Of a stretch of 64,000 bases of DNA, positions 25,151 through 36,716 are shown piece by piece. Position 1 is the first letter of the stretch, and every line of letters begins with the position of its first letter. The notes under the pieces were generated by a model, which was not told the origin of the DNA, did no database searches, and saw only the letters and a program-made list of their open reading frames with translations. Source of the stretch: Octopus bimaculoides. Lineage: Eukaryota. The position numbers and the translations under genes were made by a program. The stretch lies in NCBI RefSeq assembly GCF_001194135.2, contig NC_068985.1:19678341-19742340 (forward strand), given 5' to 3'.

Positions 25151-26189
25151 TCTTTTAAATGAGGAAAAAAAAAAAACACTTACCAAAAGGAAATCTTTAG
25201 AGAGGAGAAAGAGTATCATGTAGAAAGATGAATGATTTTCAGCAATGATATATATACACTTTTATAAGATAGTTCATATACAATGTAAGATAGAATATTT
25301 TGTACTGTATACTAACAGTTAAGATTGTACAAAACTTATAAAGAAAGAAACATTTCAAAGATTTATTTGATTGTGACAGCATAGCCGATGGAAAGACCAT
25401 TTCAAAGACTTATTTGATTGCGCCTGCAGAGCCGACAAAAGACACTTGAACATCACAAAAAAGCTAAAAACAAACGACTTAAGTTGCACAACTCAATAGT
25501 TTAGAAACCAAAAGAAAAGAAAAAAAGCAATCCATTCTCTTAAAGACAAAAAGGAAACTGGGCTTCAAGGGTTTCTGGCCGAGATGTACATAGCTGACAC
25601 ACAAGAAAACTTTATTCTGTGTCTCTGCTAAGCTGGGATGTGATGGGAGGTACAAGGTGACCTCCGTGAAGCAACCATTATTTCAATCTTCAACAAGGGA
25701 GACAATTCAGAAAAAACTAGCAACTAAAGGTATTGTGTGTAGCCGTGTTTGAGTGCGTGTGCATGTGTAGGTTTATAAAATTATATTTCTGTATTTATAG
25801 TGCTTTCCTTGTATATGTTAGTTTACAAAATGTGTGTGTTTGTACTTTGTGGGTGCTGGAAAATTTTAACTCAACTGACTCACTCACCACAATTTCAATC
25901 TAGTTTTCAACCAGTTATCAAGGTATGCATGTGAACTTATTCACAATTTATATTCAAGTAGTTCTTGCTTTTTGAGCTTCTGATTATGAGTTTACATCTT
26001 CACAAGATGTGACAAAAATTTTTTTTTATTATTTTCATAATTAAAAGAAAAAAATCATTATTAACTCAATGTGTATTGCCCCCAAACAATGTCCAAGCAG
26101 ATAAATGTGCTTGACAGTCAAACCAAAGGTCAAATTATTTGCTAAGAGTCAGTAGCCTTAGCCACCCTTGCTAGACACCAGTGTTTTTG

Positions 26190-28145
26190 ATTCAATTCAA
26201 AGTGTTATTCTGTTACCAGCAAGTGAATGTTAACAAGGCACCAGAACTGCATGAGGAGCAGTATGCCCAACAGAAACAGGGGCCTATATCTGTTGTAAAT
26301 TTAGTCTTCAACAGGGATTGTACTGCTGATAGGCAGAAATACAATTTACCAACAGTTAATGAAATAGCCATGGTCTTCAGCAATACTGACGGTGAGCCAC
26401 CATTCAACAGACATTTCAAGGTTTACCCAAGAAACAATGAGGTCCCTGTGATCAGTCTGAACATTCTTAGCCCCAACGACGCATGTATTGTTGTTCTTTC
26501 CATATGGAGAGCCAGGCTGGCAACCACATATAATGGGTAATAAAAATAGAACAAACTCAAGGCAAAATGTTACAATGCTCCAACATAATGTATCTCTTAC
26601 AGCAGTTACAGATGGTGAATTCAACCCAGTTATCCATGGAGGCAAGCCCTTCCAGCAATGGGCAGTAGACTCTTACCTGCAAGTCAAAGGTAACAACGTA
26701 AATTTTGTGAAGAACCATCAACACAGGTTAAAAGTAGAACAATGCCGTAATCTTGCTGATCATTTACGGAATGTGAGTACATGGGCTATGCTACAGAGAT
26801 TTGCATCTTCCAGTCCCAGCTGCAGCAACCTTTCATGAACTGTTGAAAATAACAATGTTGAAGGAGTTGATATTGAGAGGCATATTGCATCCTTCACTGA
26901 GGCTCAGCACCAGGTCTATGAACACATTATTGCAGCCATCAATGATGATGAAAGACAGAGTAGATTCTTTTTCCTCGATGGCCCTGCAGATATGGGAAAG
27001 ACCTACCTGTACAACACATTGACAGCTTCTCTAAGAAGGTAAAACAAGTGTGTCCTTTCCTATACTACTACAGGCATAGCTGCTGATTCGCTCATTGATG
27101 GAAGGACAGTTCACAGTGGACTCAAGCTACCCACCCCATTGCATGACAGTTCTACCTCTCACATGAGAATCCCTCCAGAGTCATCTGAGAAATTAAAGCA
27201 GGCTCACCTTTTAATTATTGATGAAGCATCAATGTTATCATGCCATGCTCTGAGAACCATTGATCAGCTGCTGAGGCAAACAATGAATTCACTCAGACCA
27301 TTCGGTAGAAAAGTGCTGCTACTTGGCGGAGACTTCAGACAAACTGCACCTGTCATCCCACAAGGATCCAATGCAGCAGTAACTGAGTCATCAATTAAGC
27401 AATCTCGTCTCTGACATTTCGTAACAAAACTCAGTTTGACAGAAAATATGCAAATGGCTGGACAGGATGACTTCAACAGGTGGCTCTTAGAGGTTGGAAA
27501 TGGAACCCTTTCCAACAATGAAGGACTGGAAGAAAACCTCATAGAAATTCTCCAAAACATGGTATCTACAAATAACATTGTTAGAGAAGTTTTTGGGGAA
27601 GAATTACTACTAGACAATGATGAGGCAATTGAAAGAGTGTCACCGATAAGCATGTTGACACCTAAAAACAAAGATTGTCTTCATATAAACACTGACATAA
27701 TGTCATTATTGCCTGGTGAGGCAACAATCTGCAGAAGTGTTGACACCATTGTTGAAGAAAATAACGAAGCTGCTCCAGTGGAATTTTAAAATTCCCTGAC
27801 GCTTTCTGGGATGCCACTTCATACACTGGCCTTGAAGAGGCATTCAATAGTCATGTTGCTTAATGGGACTCTGATCTTAGTGTTGTCCAACAAGGATTTT
27901 TACATTCATGGAAAAATACTCAGTATTCAGCATTGGAAAACTTTGTTGCATTGAGTAGAAGTAGAAGCAGTAATGATATTAAGATGTTGGTAAAGAACCA
28001 TCCAAAACAAGGCAAACTCATTGGTTGTAGGGTTTTCACTAGAAACGTGGTGTTGAAACAGTTATTAAGATAAAGGTTGTAATCTTTTCATTTTATTTTT
28101 CGTATAATTTTCATGCTGTCATTTCTGATGGCACAGGTACACTAG
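26190..28145 (+). mobile_element. Helitron Rep-helicase remnant with preserved 3' terminus
   Basis: Rep-side motifs YNLPTVNEIAMVF, LFFPYGEPGW, GGKPFQQWAVDSY. Pif1 helicase motifs FFLDGPADMGKTYLYN, TGIAA, GRTVHSGLKLP, LIIDEASM, LLLGGDFRQTAPVIP and an FSHGQLYVALSR-like segment. Hairpin TGCTGTCA-TTTC-TGATGGCA (28114-28133), then CTAG|T at 28142-28146. Stops and internal deletions; 5' end not located. Confidence 0.93.
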
Positions 28146-28254
28146 TTATTCTTATTGTATGGGGAGATTTCATAGTTGACTGATTTAAGTAGGAGCAATA
28201 GGCAAAGTCAGCTTTGATCAATGCATTGTGTTTCAGATTCATCACCCTCATTTT

Positions 28255-28640
28255 TCCCTTTTAACATCCACTTCCTCATTCTTGCATGGCTCAGATGGAA
28301 TTTCTTGAGGTGCATTTTCTACAGCTGGATGCCCTTCATGTCACCAACCCTCACTTGTTTCTAAGTAAGTTTATATTTTCCCATGACCAGGCGTTTTCAC
28401 AGAATATTGGAAATAACATCACTTGCATGATGGTGACACTTGTTACAACCATCATGCAATGTCAAGGCAAGGAGACAGTAACATACATATATACAATGGG
28501 CTTCTTTCAGTTTTCATCTACCAATTCCACTCAAAAGGTGTTGGTTGACCTGGGACTATAGAAGAAAATACTTGCCTAAATTGCTACACAGTAGGACTGA
28601 ACATGGAACCATATGATTGGGAAGCTAAATTCTTACCATT
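28255..28640 (-). mobile_element. Composite SINE: family-B head/body with RTE-like tail
   Basis: Contains CTACAGCTGGATGCCCTTC (RTE tail) joined to GGGCTTCTTTCAGTTTTC..TACC..TCCACTC (family B body). Confidence 0.7.
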
Positions 28641-28984
28641 CACACATTGGCACACAACTTATGGGAGAAGAGGATTGGTATTTAATTTAAACAAAGATGA
28701 TGGACATAATGACACCCTGTATACAATTAAGAAAGTGAGGCTTCAATATACGGTGGTATGGTACTAAAATTTATTCAGAACTGAATCTCATTATTTACTG
28801 TTTAATAGTTTCTTGTGTCCAACAATCCTTACGCACCAAATCATAGTAGAGATACTTTTGATCATGGAGTTCTTGCAAAACCAAGGCTGACTTAATTCTT
28901 TAGTATTTAAACCAGTGATAGCTGGCCCCAAATATTTTACCATCTGTATGTTTAAACTGGTCTCTCGCACCTACACTACAATGT

Positions 28985-29165
28985 CATTCTAAAGGCACAC
29001 GTCTGGTTTTGAGGTAAGAAGCTTGCTTCCCAATCACACAGTTCCAGATTCAGTCTCACTGTGTGGCACTTTTGGCATGTGTCTTCTACTATAGCCTTGG
29101 GCCAACCAAAGCCCTGCATGCAAGTAGATTTGGTAGCAAGAACTGAAAGAAGCCTGCTGGATATA
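28985..29165 (+). mobile_element. SINE family B 5' half
   Basis: GGTAAGAAGCTTGCTTCCCAATCAC...GATTCAGTCTCACTG...TCTTCTACTATAGCC. Confidence 0.8.
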
Positions 29166-29380
29166 TATATGTAAAAATTAAATAAGGTATTTTTTAAGTT
29201 TTTACTTGCTAGCCACTTTATTATTATTATATAAAATTTTATACTGGCTCACATTATGTTCATTTTTGAATGTCACGGGGACATTCAAATGAAAGAAAAC
29301 ACATGGTTTAATGTGATGAATATTTCAAAAATGGATGATTTGCAGTAAGTCTGGCTGATGAGCTTTAAGTATATTCATAC

Positions 29381-29712
29381 ATCATCGTTTAACGTCCGCT
29401 TTCCATGCTAGCATGGGTTGGACAATTTGACTGAGGACTGGTGGACCAGGAGGCGACACCAGGCTCCAATCTGATTTGGCAGAGTTTCTACAGCTGGATG
29501 CCCTTCCTAACACCAACCACTCTGAGAGTGTAGTGGATGCTTTTACTTGCCACCGGCACTGGCAACAGCCACGCTCGAAATGGTGTATTTTACGTGCCAC
29601 CTGCACAGGAGCCAGTTCATCGGCACTGGCAACGATCTCGCTCGAATGTCTTACTGGCAATGGCCACACTCGAAATGGTGTATTTTACGTGTCACCTGCA
29701 CAGGGGCCAGTG
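29381..29712 (-). mobile_element. RTE LINE 3' UTR copy with internal tandem repeats
   Basis: CATCATCGTTTAACGTCCGC terminus, and a repeated GGCACTGGCAAC..CGCTCGAAATGGTGTATTTTACGTG module. Confidence 0.88.
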
Positions 29713-30699
29713 ATCCTGGAATATCTGTATTCCTTGCTTCTGTAGTTCATACAAGGTAAGCCTATTTCTGTTATATTTGTTGCATTCGCTCTGTGTATTT
29801 TAATATTGAGAAGTTTGTGATTTTGGAGCATTAGCTCTATTTATAGCAAGTGGTATTCTGATACCCTACTAAATTTCTGTATATATATAAATATATTTTG
29901 GTTCCCTCCCCCACCACATGACAACCAGTGTTGGTGTGTTTACATGCTTTAAAAAAATGTACCGGGGTCAATTCATTTCACTAAAAATTCAAGGTGGTTC
30001 TCCAGCATGACTGCAGTCTAATGACTGAAACAAAAGATAAATCACGTCATTGAAGTGTCAAAGGTTTGAGATAATGCATGAATAATTCAAAACAATGTGA
30101 ATATATAAACATTACATTTGACAGAGTAATCTGTATGCTAAAGGGTTAAGAGTTAATCAAAGCAACAACAGATGTGATAAAAGTTCTCTTTGAGAAAAGA
30201 TTCATCTGTATTTGGAACAGACTAAGTAGAGGGAGATTTCTCTTTGGCTGAGATGAACATGTCAATCTGATCCAGCAAACTAATGATCAAAGACATTGCA
30301 CTCATGGCCACCACATCTACTTTCCAGGTAGTCATATTACACTGAAATATGTTCATTTTTGTTTTGTTCCCTCACCCACCAATATTTGTATGGATTTTAA
30401 TAACAAAATCCATATATTGACTAAAAATGTAGTTGATAGTTCTAACGCACTGGGTGACATAAACACATACAGATATAGTTATCATCATCATCGTTTAACG
30501 TCCGCCTTCCATGCTGGCATGGGTGGGTGTATATATATATATATATATTGATGGCAAGTGTTCTCTACTATAGCCCTGAGACAACCAATGCCCTGTGAGT
30601 GATTCGGTGGATAGAAACTGTGTGGAAGCGCGTCATATGTATGTATATGTGTTGGTCCCCTGTAACTTAGCAGTTTGACACACACACTTCACTGAACCT

Positions 30700-30880
30700 A
30701 ACACTTTTGCATCCCGTAGTCGGTCCATTATCGATTTTTATTGAAATCCAGTTAGCCTATAATTGAATTGGACGTTAGTTCAACACGTATACAAAGTTTA
30801 TTGAAGATTGGTTCGCTGGTTTGGGCAACATGGTAACAGACAGACAGAAATTACCATTTATATACAAAAATACTAGTCGT
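30700..30880 (-). mobile_element. Non-autonomous Helitron/DINE-like fragment
   Basis: On -: TATATAAATGGTAATTTCTGTCTGTCTG...GAACCAATCTTCAATAAACTTT resembles the conserved 5' block of non-autonomous rolling-circle elements. Confidence 0.45.
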
Positions 30881-31414
30881 CAGTTTAATTCCAGGTCAAA
30901 GGAATTCCACCCATAATTATCCCATGTTCTATTTTTCAGGCAATAGTGTATACTTCAGGCTACATTATTCAATGTTCTAAACAAAAAAGGACAGTAGAAG
31001 ATAACATGAAGGAGATTTTTGAGTGGTTCTACGTTTCATTCTAGTGGTGTATAGGGTTATATATATATATAATGCAAGAGAGTTAGGGGTTGAGGATTCA
31101 ACCCACTAAGGGATAGTATCTATCCAATATACTGCTGGGAGGGTACCCAATTATTGTTACACTAGTGTTATACCAAGTGTAATAAGTGGGTGCGGGTAAA
31201 ACATCAGCTAATATATATATACATACATACATATAATCATAAATATATAGGGATTGACAGTAACCTGCTTCTCCAACATACTGAGAATTCAGAAATAGCA
31301 GCCAAAGAACTACTGATTCCAAAACTACAAATTATTATTCTAAATTGATAGCGATATTTTTGATACACACAGAACAAAAAACAGTAGAGAAGAGTAAAAA
31401 AAACCACCTGCCTT

Positions 31415-31560
31415 TAGTTAATTTAGTACGATCGTTTCACAGTTAAGAGTAAAGAATACTCTATTCTGATCTTCAGCTAAATATTCTAATAGTTAATTTA
31501 GTACGATCGTTTCACAGTTAAGAGTAAAGAATACTCTATTCTGATCTTCAGCTAAATATT
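31415..31560. repeat. 75-nt direct tandem duplication abutting a gap
   Basis: Copies start at 31415 and 31490; the second runs into Ns. Confidence 0.9.
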
Positions 31561-32204
31561 NNNNNNNNNNNNNNNNNNNNNNNNNNNNNNNNNNNNNNNN
31601 NNNNNNNNNNNNNNNNNNNNNNNNNNNNNNNNNNNNNNNNNNNNNNNNNNNNNNNNNNNNNNNNNNNNNNNNNNNNNNNNNNNNNNNNNNNNNNNNNNNN
31701 NNNNNNNNNNNNNNNNNNNNNNNNNNNNNNNNNNNNNNNNNNNNNNNNNNNNNNNNNNNNNNNNNNNNNNNNNNNNNNNNNNNNNNNNNNNNNNNNNNNN
31801 NNNNNNNNNNNNNNNNNNNNNNNNNNNNNNNNNNNNNNNNNNNNNNNNNNNNNNNNNNNNNNNNNNNNNNNNNNNNNNNNNNNNNNNNNNNNNNNNNNNN
31901 NNNNNNNNNNNNNNNNNNNNNNNNNNNNNNNNNNNNNNNNNNNNNNNNNNNNNNNNNNNNNNNNNNNNNNNNNNNNNNNNNNNNNNNNNNNNNNNNNNNN
32001 NNNNNNNNNNNNNNNNNNNNNNNNNNNNNNNNNNNNNNNNNNNNNNNNNNNNNNNNNNNNNNNNNNNNNNNNNNNNNNNNNNNNNNNNNNNNNNNNNNNN
32101 NNNNNNNNNNNNNNNNNNNNNNNNNNNNNNNNNNNNNNNNNNNNNNNNNNNNNNNNNNNNNNNNNNNNNNNNNNNNNNNNNNNNNNNNNNNNNNNNNNNN
32201 NNNN

Positions 32205-32349
32205 AGTGGTCGATCCTAACCCTAACCCTATTCCTAATCCTAACCCTAAACACGTATTCATTTGCACACGCGGGTTAGGGATAGGGTTAGGGTTAGGGAT
32301 AGGGTTAGGGTTAGGGACAGGGTTAGGGTTAGGATTAGGATCGACCACT
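32205..32349. repeat. Foldback of degenerate telomeric repeats (CCCTAA)n - spacer - (TTAGGG)n with 15-nt perfect terminal inverted repeat
   Basis: AGTGGTCGATCCTAA at 32205 and TTAGGATCGACCACT ending at 32349; spacer ~32250-32274. Confidence 0.92.
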
Positions 32350-32699
32350 CAAGACTAGCTAGCGCGGACGCGTGACTGCGCGTTCGAGTCCGCGCTGCTT
32401 TAGTAGTACCGGATTCTATATTTAGTTCTATCTGTAAAGGATAACAAAAAACAAAATAGTGACAAGTGATTCGGTGTAATAACTAAACGCCGACATTGAA
32501 ACGTGGGGTGGGAGGGCAACGTTGGAACGCTTTAAAATCAAGACAAGCATTTCGAAACATCACTAACAAAAAAAAAAATGCATCCGCAAATGAATAGGAC
32601 GCTTTATTTTCTATTTTGACTCTCTTTGAAGGGTTGTCTTAAATATTTTTTTTTTTTTGTTGAGGAATGTATTCTTAACCCGGAGACGAGCCCAAAAGC

Positions 32700-33200
32700 C
32701 TGCAACAGGAAAAATTTCGTTAAAAGCAACCAAGTACCAGGTGGAGGCGTTAAACCGGGCGATGCATTAAAGCGACTACCCAAATACGCCACTGCCGGCC
32801 GGAATTTGAACTCAGAACGTGTCTATATAACATTTCATAGTATTGAATTGAGAGCAACATTGAATAACCAGATAATACATTGAGATTAATTCTTATCAAC
32901 ATATACAAAATAAGTACAAGGAAGCCTCTATATAGTTGTTCAACCAGCTAAAAACAACAGATAAATTTCCCTCACATCATATCTTATTGACTTGGTAATA
33001 AAAGACAATGGATAATGTAGTACTAAGTGAACTGTAAAAAAAAAAAAAGTATGACACTCTAATTATTCTGCTGGTTTGGCAGAATATCTAGAGCATCAGA
33101 CAAAATGCCAAGCGCTATTCAGTTACAGCTTTTGTCCCGAGTTCAAATCCCACCAAGGTCGATTCTACCTTTTGTCCAATAAAATGAAAAATCTACCAGT
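32700..33200. mobile_element. SINE family A fragments (- at ~32780-32820, + at ~33070-33200)
   Basis: GGAATTTGAACTCAGAACG and GAGTTCAAATCCCACCAAGGTCGA motifs. Confidence 0.55.
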
Positions 33201-34721
33201 GAGGGATAAAAATGATAGAATACCGGCATAATTAACTTTCTACAAAACTTAAATTAATTCATTAATTAACTTTCTTCCCAGCAAAATATTTAAGTAACGA
33301 AACAGCTTTTAAATGATTGTTAGAACAAAAGAAGTCACCAAAATAATATTTTGTGGTGAGATGAAATGAAGTGGTGGGGGGAACTGGAAATTATATTTTA
33401 AAATTTCATTTCACTGCTATGCGTCATTACATCTTGTAGGAAACTACTCGTATCTATTTTTTTTTTTCTTCTGAGATCGTTATGGTTCACATATTTTCCA
33501 TTCAGTTTATGGATCTTCTAGTCATTTTAAGTATATCATAGTAGTAAGCAGTATATTTTATGGTATTATATAGCTCTAAATATACAGTGAGTTGGTATTG
33601 CATTTTTTTTTTGTCAGTATTTACGTAATGTAGGACTATATATATTTGGTATTAAAACTAAAATTCAGAATATAGTCTGCAAATACGATATCGCTTATTT
33701 TCCAGATACACAAGTAATGATAACGATCTTGTATAAATAAAAATACGCCGTCTTTTTCAATTATCGCCGGTCTACAAAATTAATTACGCTTATCAATTCA
33801 TTCACATTATTTTTCTCGTATTTTAAATCCAATCAACTATAAGGATTGATTTATATTCTGAGAAGAAAAAAAACTTCCAAGATATGAATAAAATTATATA
33901 ATAGAAGACATTAAAAAAATATGGACCTAGCCCTTCCTATATAATAAATCTGCGACTTAATACCGTTAAGTACCAGCTCAAATGAAATGTGTAACAGCCT
34001 TTCATACCTCAACAAAGAAATTAACGTATTAATTCAAAAGAGGTATTTAATTTGGTCGGCCCCTTGTTTTAGGCACGTAACCAGAAACATTTAAAATGTA
34101 TTTATGGGCCTCAATGCTGTATTAAAAAATAGGCCTTCCACCCTCATCGAAATATGATGAAATTATATTATTCATCAGCTTCCTGGACCCGATGCTACGG
34201 CAACGCGTAGCGCCATGGATGAATGTAACTATCATCATAGAAAATCATGCGAAGAATATATATACAGAAAAAGATATTATAAAATATATAGTATTAACAA
34301 AAAATAAATACACTGCAGTTGCGTTTAAGACAGAATCACGTTTTCATCCTGGAAAAATTTGAATTGTAACTAAAATATCTTTATACATGTAGATTTCATT
34401 TAACCTATAAATTTTTCACACACACGCAGAAAAAAAATTGATGAATCAAAATTATTAATAAAAATACCCACTAGAAACTGAACCGCTTCAGATATGCTAC
34501 ATTATAGTATTTTAACCGGCTTTGCTATGAATGGGGAACAAAATAAATAAATAAATAACAATGTGTTCCGTTTATTTGCTGGTAAAAAATTTACCTGTTT
34601 CCTTTCAGCTTGGATGTTTAGAAAATAGCCAGGTATCTTAACAATTTAATGGCATCTACACTTTTACGCCCCAATATTCAAATTAGTCGGTTATATGGCC
34701 GTGTATATATACATATATGTA

Positions 34722-34761
<40 letters not shown>

Positions 34762-35484
34762 TACACTTTGTTGTTGGTCAGTTCCCTAACGAAGGTTTCG
34801 CTCCTTTCGATTTGAATTTGGGTGCAATCTCCGACTAAAGGATTTTAACCTAATATTTATCTGCATCAACATTCAACGTTCCCCCTAAAGAATTCCATAT
34901 ATATATATATCCGCAAATATATGCACCAAAGCTTGCTAGAATTATAACTTCGTGAATTGATTTTTAAGGTGATTACCTTTTGGCAATGCCAATTAGTTTG
35001 ATACCTTACTGCTTGTTAGAATTTCGTTGTGGGTTGACTTACTTTGCTACCTTTTCATAAACTGCCGCTACAAAATGCCGGCTGTGTTAGCCTTGAAAAT
35101 CAGTTAGCGAAGCTAAAATTCTTGAAATAAATAATAAAATAACCAGCCAGATTTTTTCTTTTAGAAAATTGGAAAACGAGCAAGTAGGGAAATATCAACG
35201 AAATAGACAATATAGACATATAAAAGGACCATATTAAAAGGCCAATTTGAATTTAGGACCGTAATGCGGATACCCCCACGTGCTTTCGCGACTAAATTTT
35301 AATTTCCAGAATAAAAGTTTTAATTTCTTATAGTTTCATTGGTTTGTTTGTTTTTTTCTTCATAGTCTTCGATTCTTGACTGTATGATATAAATCCTTTT
35401 AATGGATGAAATTCTTAGTTTACTTTCCACTCTAGAGATTTTGTGACGGAAAAAAAAACGTAAATGTATAAGTTATCAGATTTG

Positions 35485-35860
35485 TGGCGGCTGAGTGGTA
35501 AAGAGTTTGCATTCCAACTGCGAAGTTCCGGATTCAGATCCACTGCGTGACACCTTGGGCAGGTGTCTTCCACTATAGCCCCGGGCCGACCAATGCCTTA
35601 TAAGAGGATTTAGTAAACGGAAACTGTATGGAAGTCTGTCGTGTATATGTATGTCTATGTGTCTTTGTACCCCACCATTGCTTGACAACCGGTGTTAATC
35701 TGTTTACGTCCCCGTAACCTAGCGATTCGGCAAACATAACCGACAGAATAAGTATCAGGCTTTAAAAAAAAATATGTACTGGGTCGATTCGTTTGACTAA
35801 AACCCTTGAAGGCGATGCCCCAGTATGGCCACAGTCTAATGAAACAAGTAGAAAGTAAAT
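35485..35860 (+). mobile_element. SINE family B full-length copy
   Basis: GGCTGAGTGGTAAAGAG head, GGATTCAGATCC B-box, CCCCACCATTGCTTGACAACCGG tail. Confidence 0.85.
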
Positions 35861-36399
35861 GATAAAAGCATTAAGTCAAAAATGCAGAGATTTACTGAAA
35901 GCGGTTTGTTGGCAGATGATGAATGTAACGTCAATAATAACTAGAAATACTTTGGTTCAGTTAGATTCCTAAGAAATGTACTTACAATGGTGTTTCTACA
36001 ACAGTATTCAATATAACAAACATCCAAGCTCGAACATCCACAAGATGACTAGGGCATCCTCATCGCTTCACATTTTCGTATTGTTCAAATGTACGAGTTT
36101 ATTGACGAGGAAGTTATAATTACATCAAGATTTTATTAACATTATTGAAAAATGCTCAACTATAAAAAAGTATAATTACATTAATTCCATCATTAAAATT
36201 TTAACTCTGTATTTAGAAAACTCAAAAATTTAAAATTAATCTTCCGCCTAAAAGTATAGTTCATATATTTTGCAAAACTTTACGGAAATAATAAAGAAAA
36301 ATCTGTTATTTATACAAATACTTTTAATTCGGTTAATATTTTGATTGGGATAGAAGTAACTGTAAGTATTTAGCTGTTTGTTTTCTTTCGAATAGGCAT

Positions 36400-36480
36400 A
36401 ACAATTTCATGACGATGACGTAGCCATCGCGTAGTAATTTTCATTTTTTTCCACTTCACAGTATCCGCGCCTGGTGTTAA
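36400..36480 (+). promoter_or_regulatory. Probable DDX5 core promoter / TSS region
   Basis: CpG-containing island in AT-rich DNA about 200-250 nt upstream of the ATG. It has CRE-like TGACGA/TGACGT and GCCAT (YY1-like) motifs followed by a pyrimidine-rich initiator-like stretch. The TSS itself is not observable. Confidence 0.4.
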
Positions 36481-36666
36481 GGTGCGGTACTACCGTTTGG
36501 TGAACACTAGATTAATTCCAGTAGGATATTTAAGAACCCTTCTTAAACTGACATATTTTACATTTATTTCTAAAATCAAACTAAAAACTAAAATCCTTTC
36601 TTCTTCTTCTGAAAACTTTTGTTTAAATTCTTTATCAAAAATTTTTCTCAATTTTCATACATAACA

Positions 36667-36716
36667 ATGTCCAGAAGAGAGAGATCGTACGATTCTGGTC
36701 GCGCCGACCGAAAAGG
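36667..36716 (+). CDS. DDX5: DDX5/17 exon 1 (MSRRERSYDSGRADRKG, phase-2 intron follows)
   Basis: aacaATGtcc start and GG|gtaaag donor. The phase joins in frame to exon 2 (GG+T = Gly). Short R/D/S-rich first exon as in p68 homologues. Confidence 0.8.

Noticed and set aside
29540-29712. Repeat-spacer-like modules
   Set aside because: They are internal tandem repeats of the RTE 3' UTR, also seen at 19934-19990 and 58575-58760.
31415-31560. 75-nt tandem duplication as a possible satellite or CRISPR-like unit
   Set aside because: Only two copies, no spacer, and it ends at a gap edge. It is probably an assembly overlap, though a collapsed satellite cannot be excluded.
32205-32349. Ancestral telomere-telomere fusion site
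   Set aside because: The arm order is CCCTAA then TTAGGG, opposite to a head-to-head fusion, and the arms are capped by non-telomeric inverted repeats.
34177-34215. GCTACG-gcaacg-CGTAGC hairpin as a functional RNA element
   Set aside because: Only 6 bp. It resembles a decayed Helitron 3' hairpin on - without an intact CTAG, so it is too weak to call.
34607-36030. 13-nt inverted repeat AGCTTGGATGTTT / AAACATCCAAGCT about 1.4 kb apart
   Set aside because: Matches of this length are expected by chance among all position pairs in 64 kb of AT-rich DNA.
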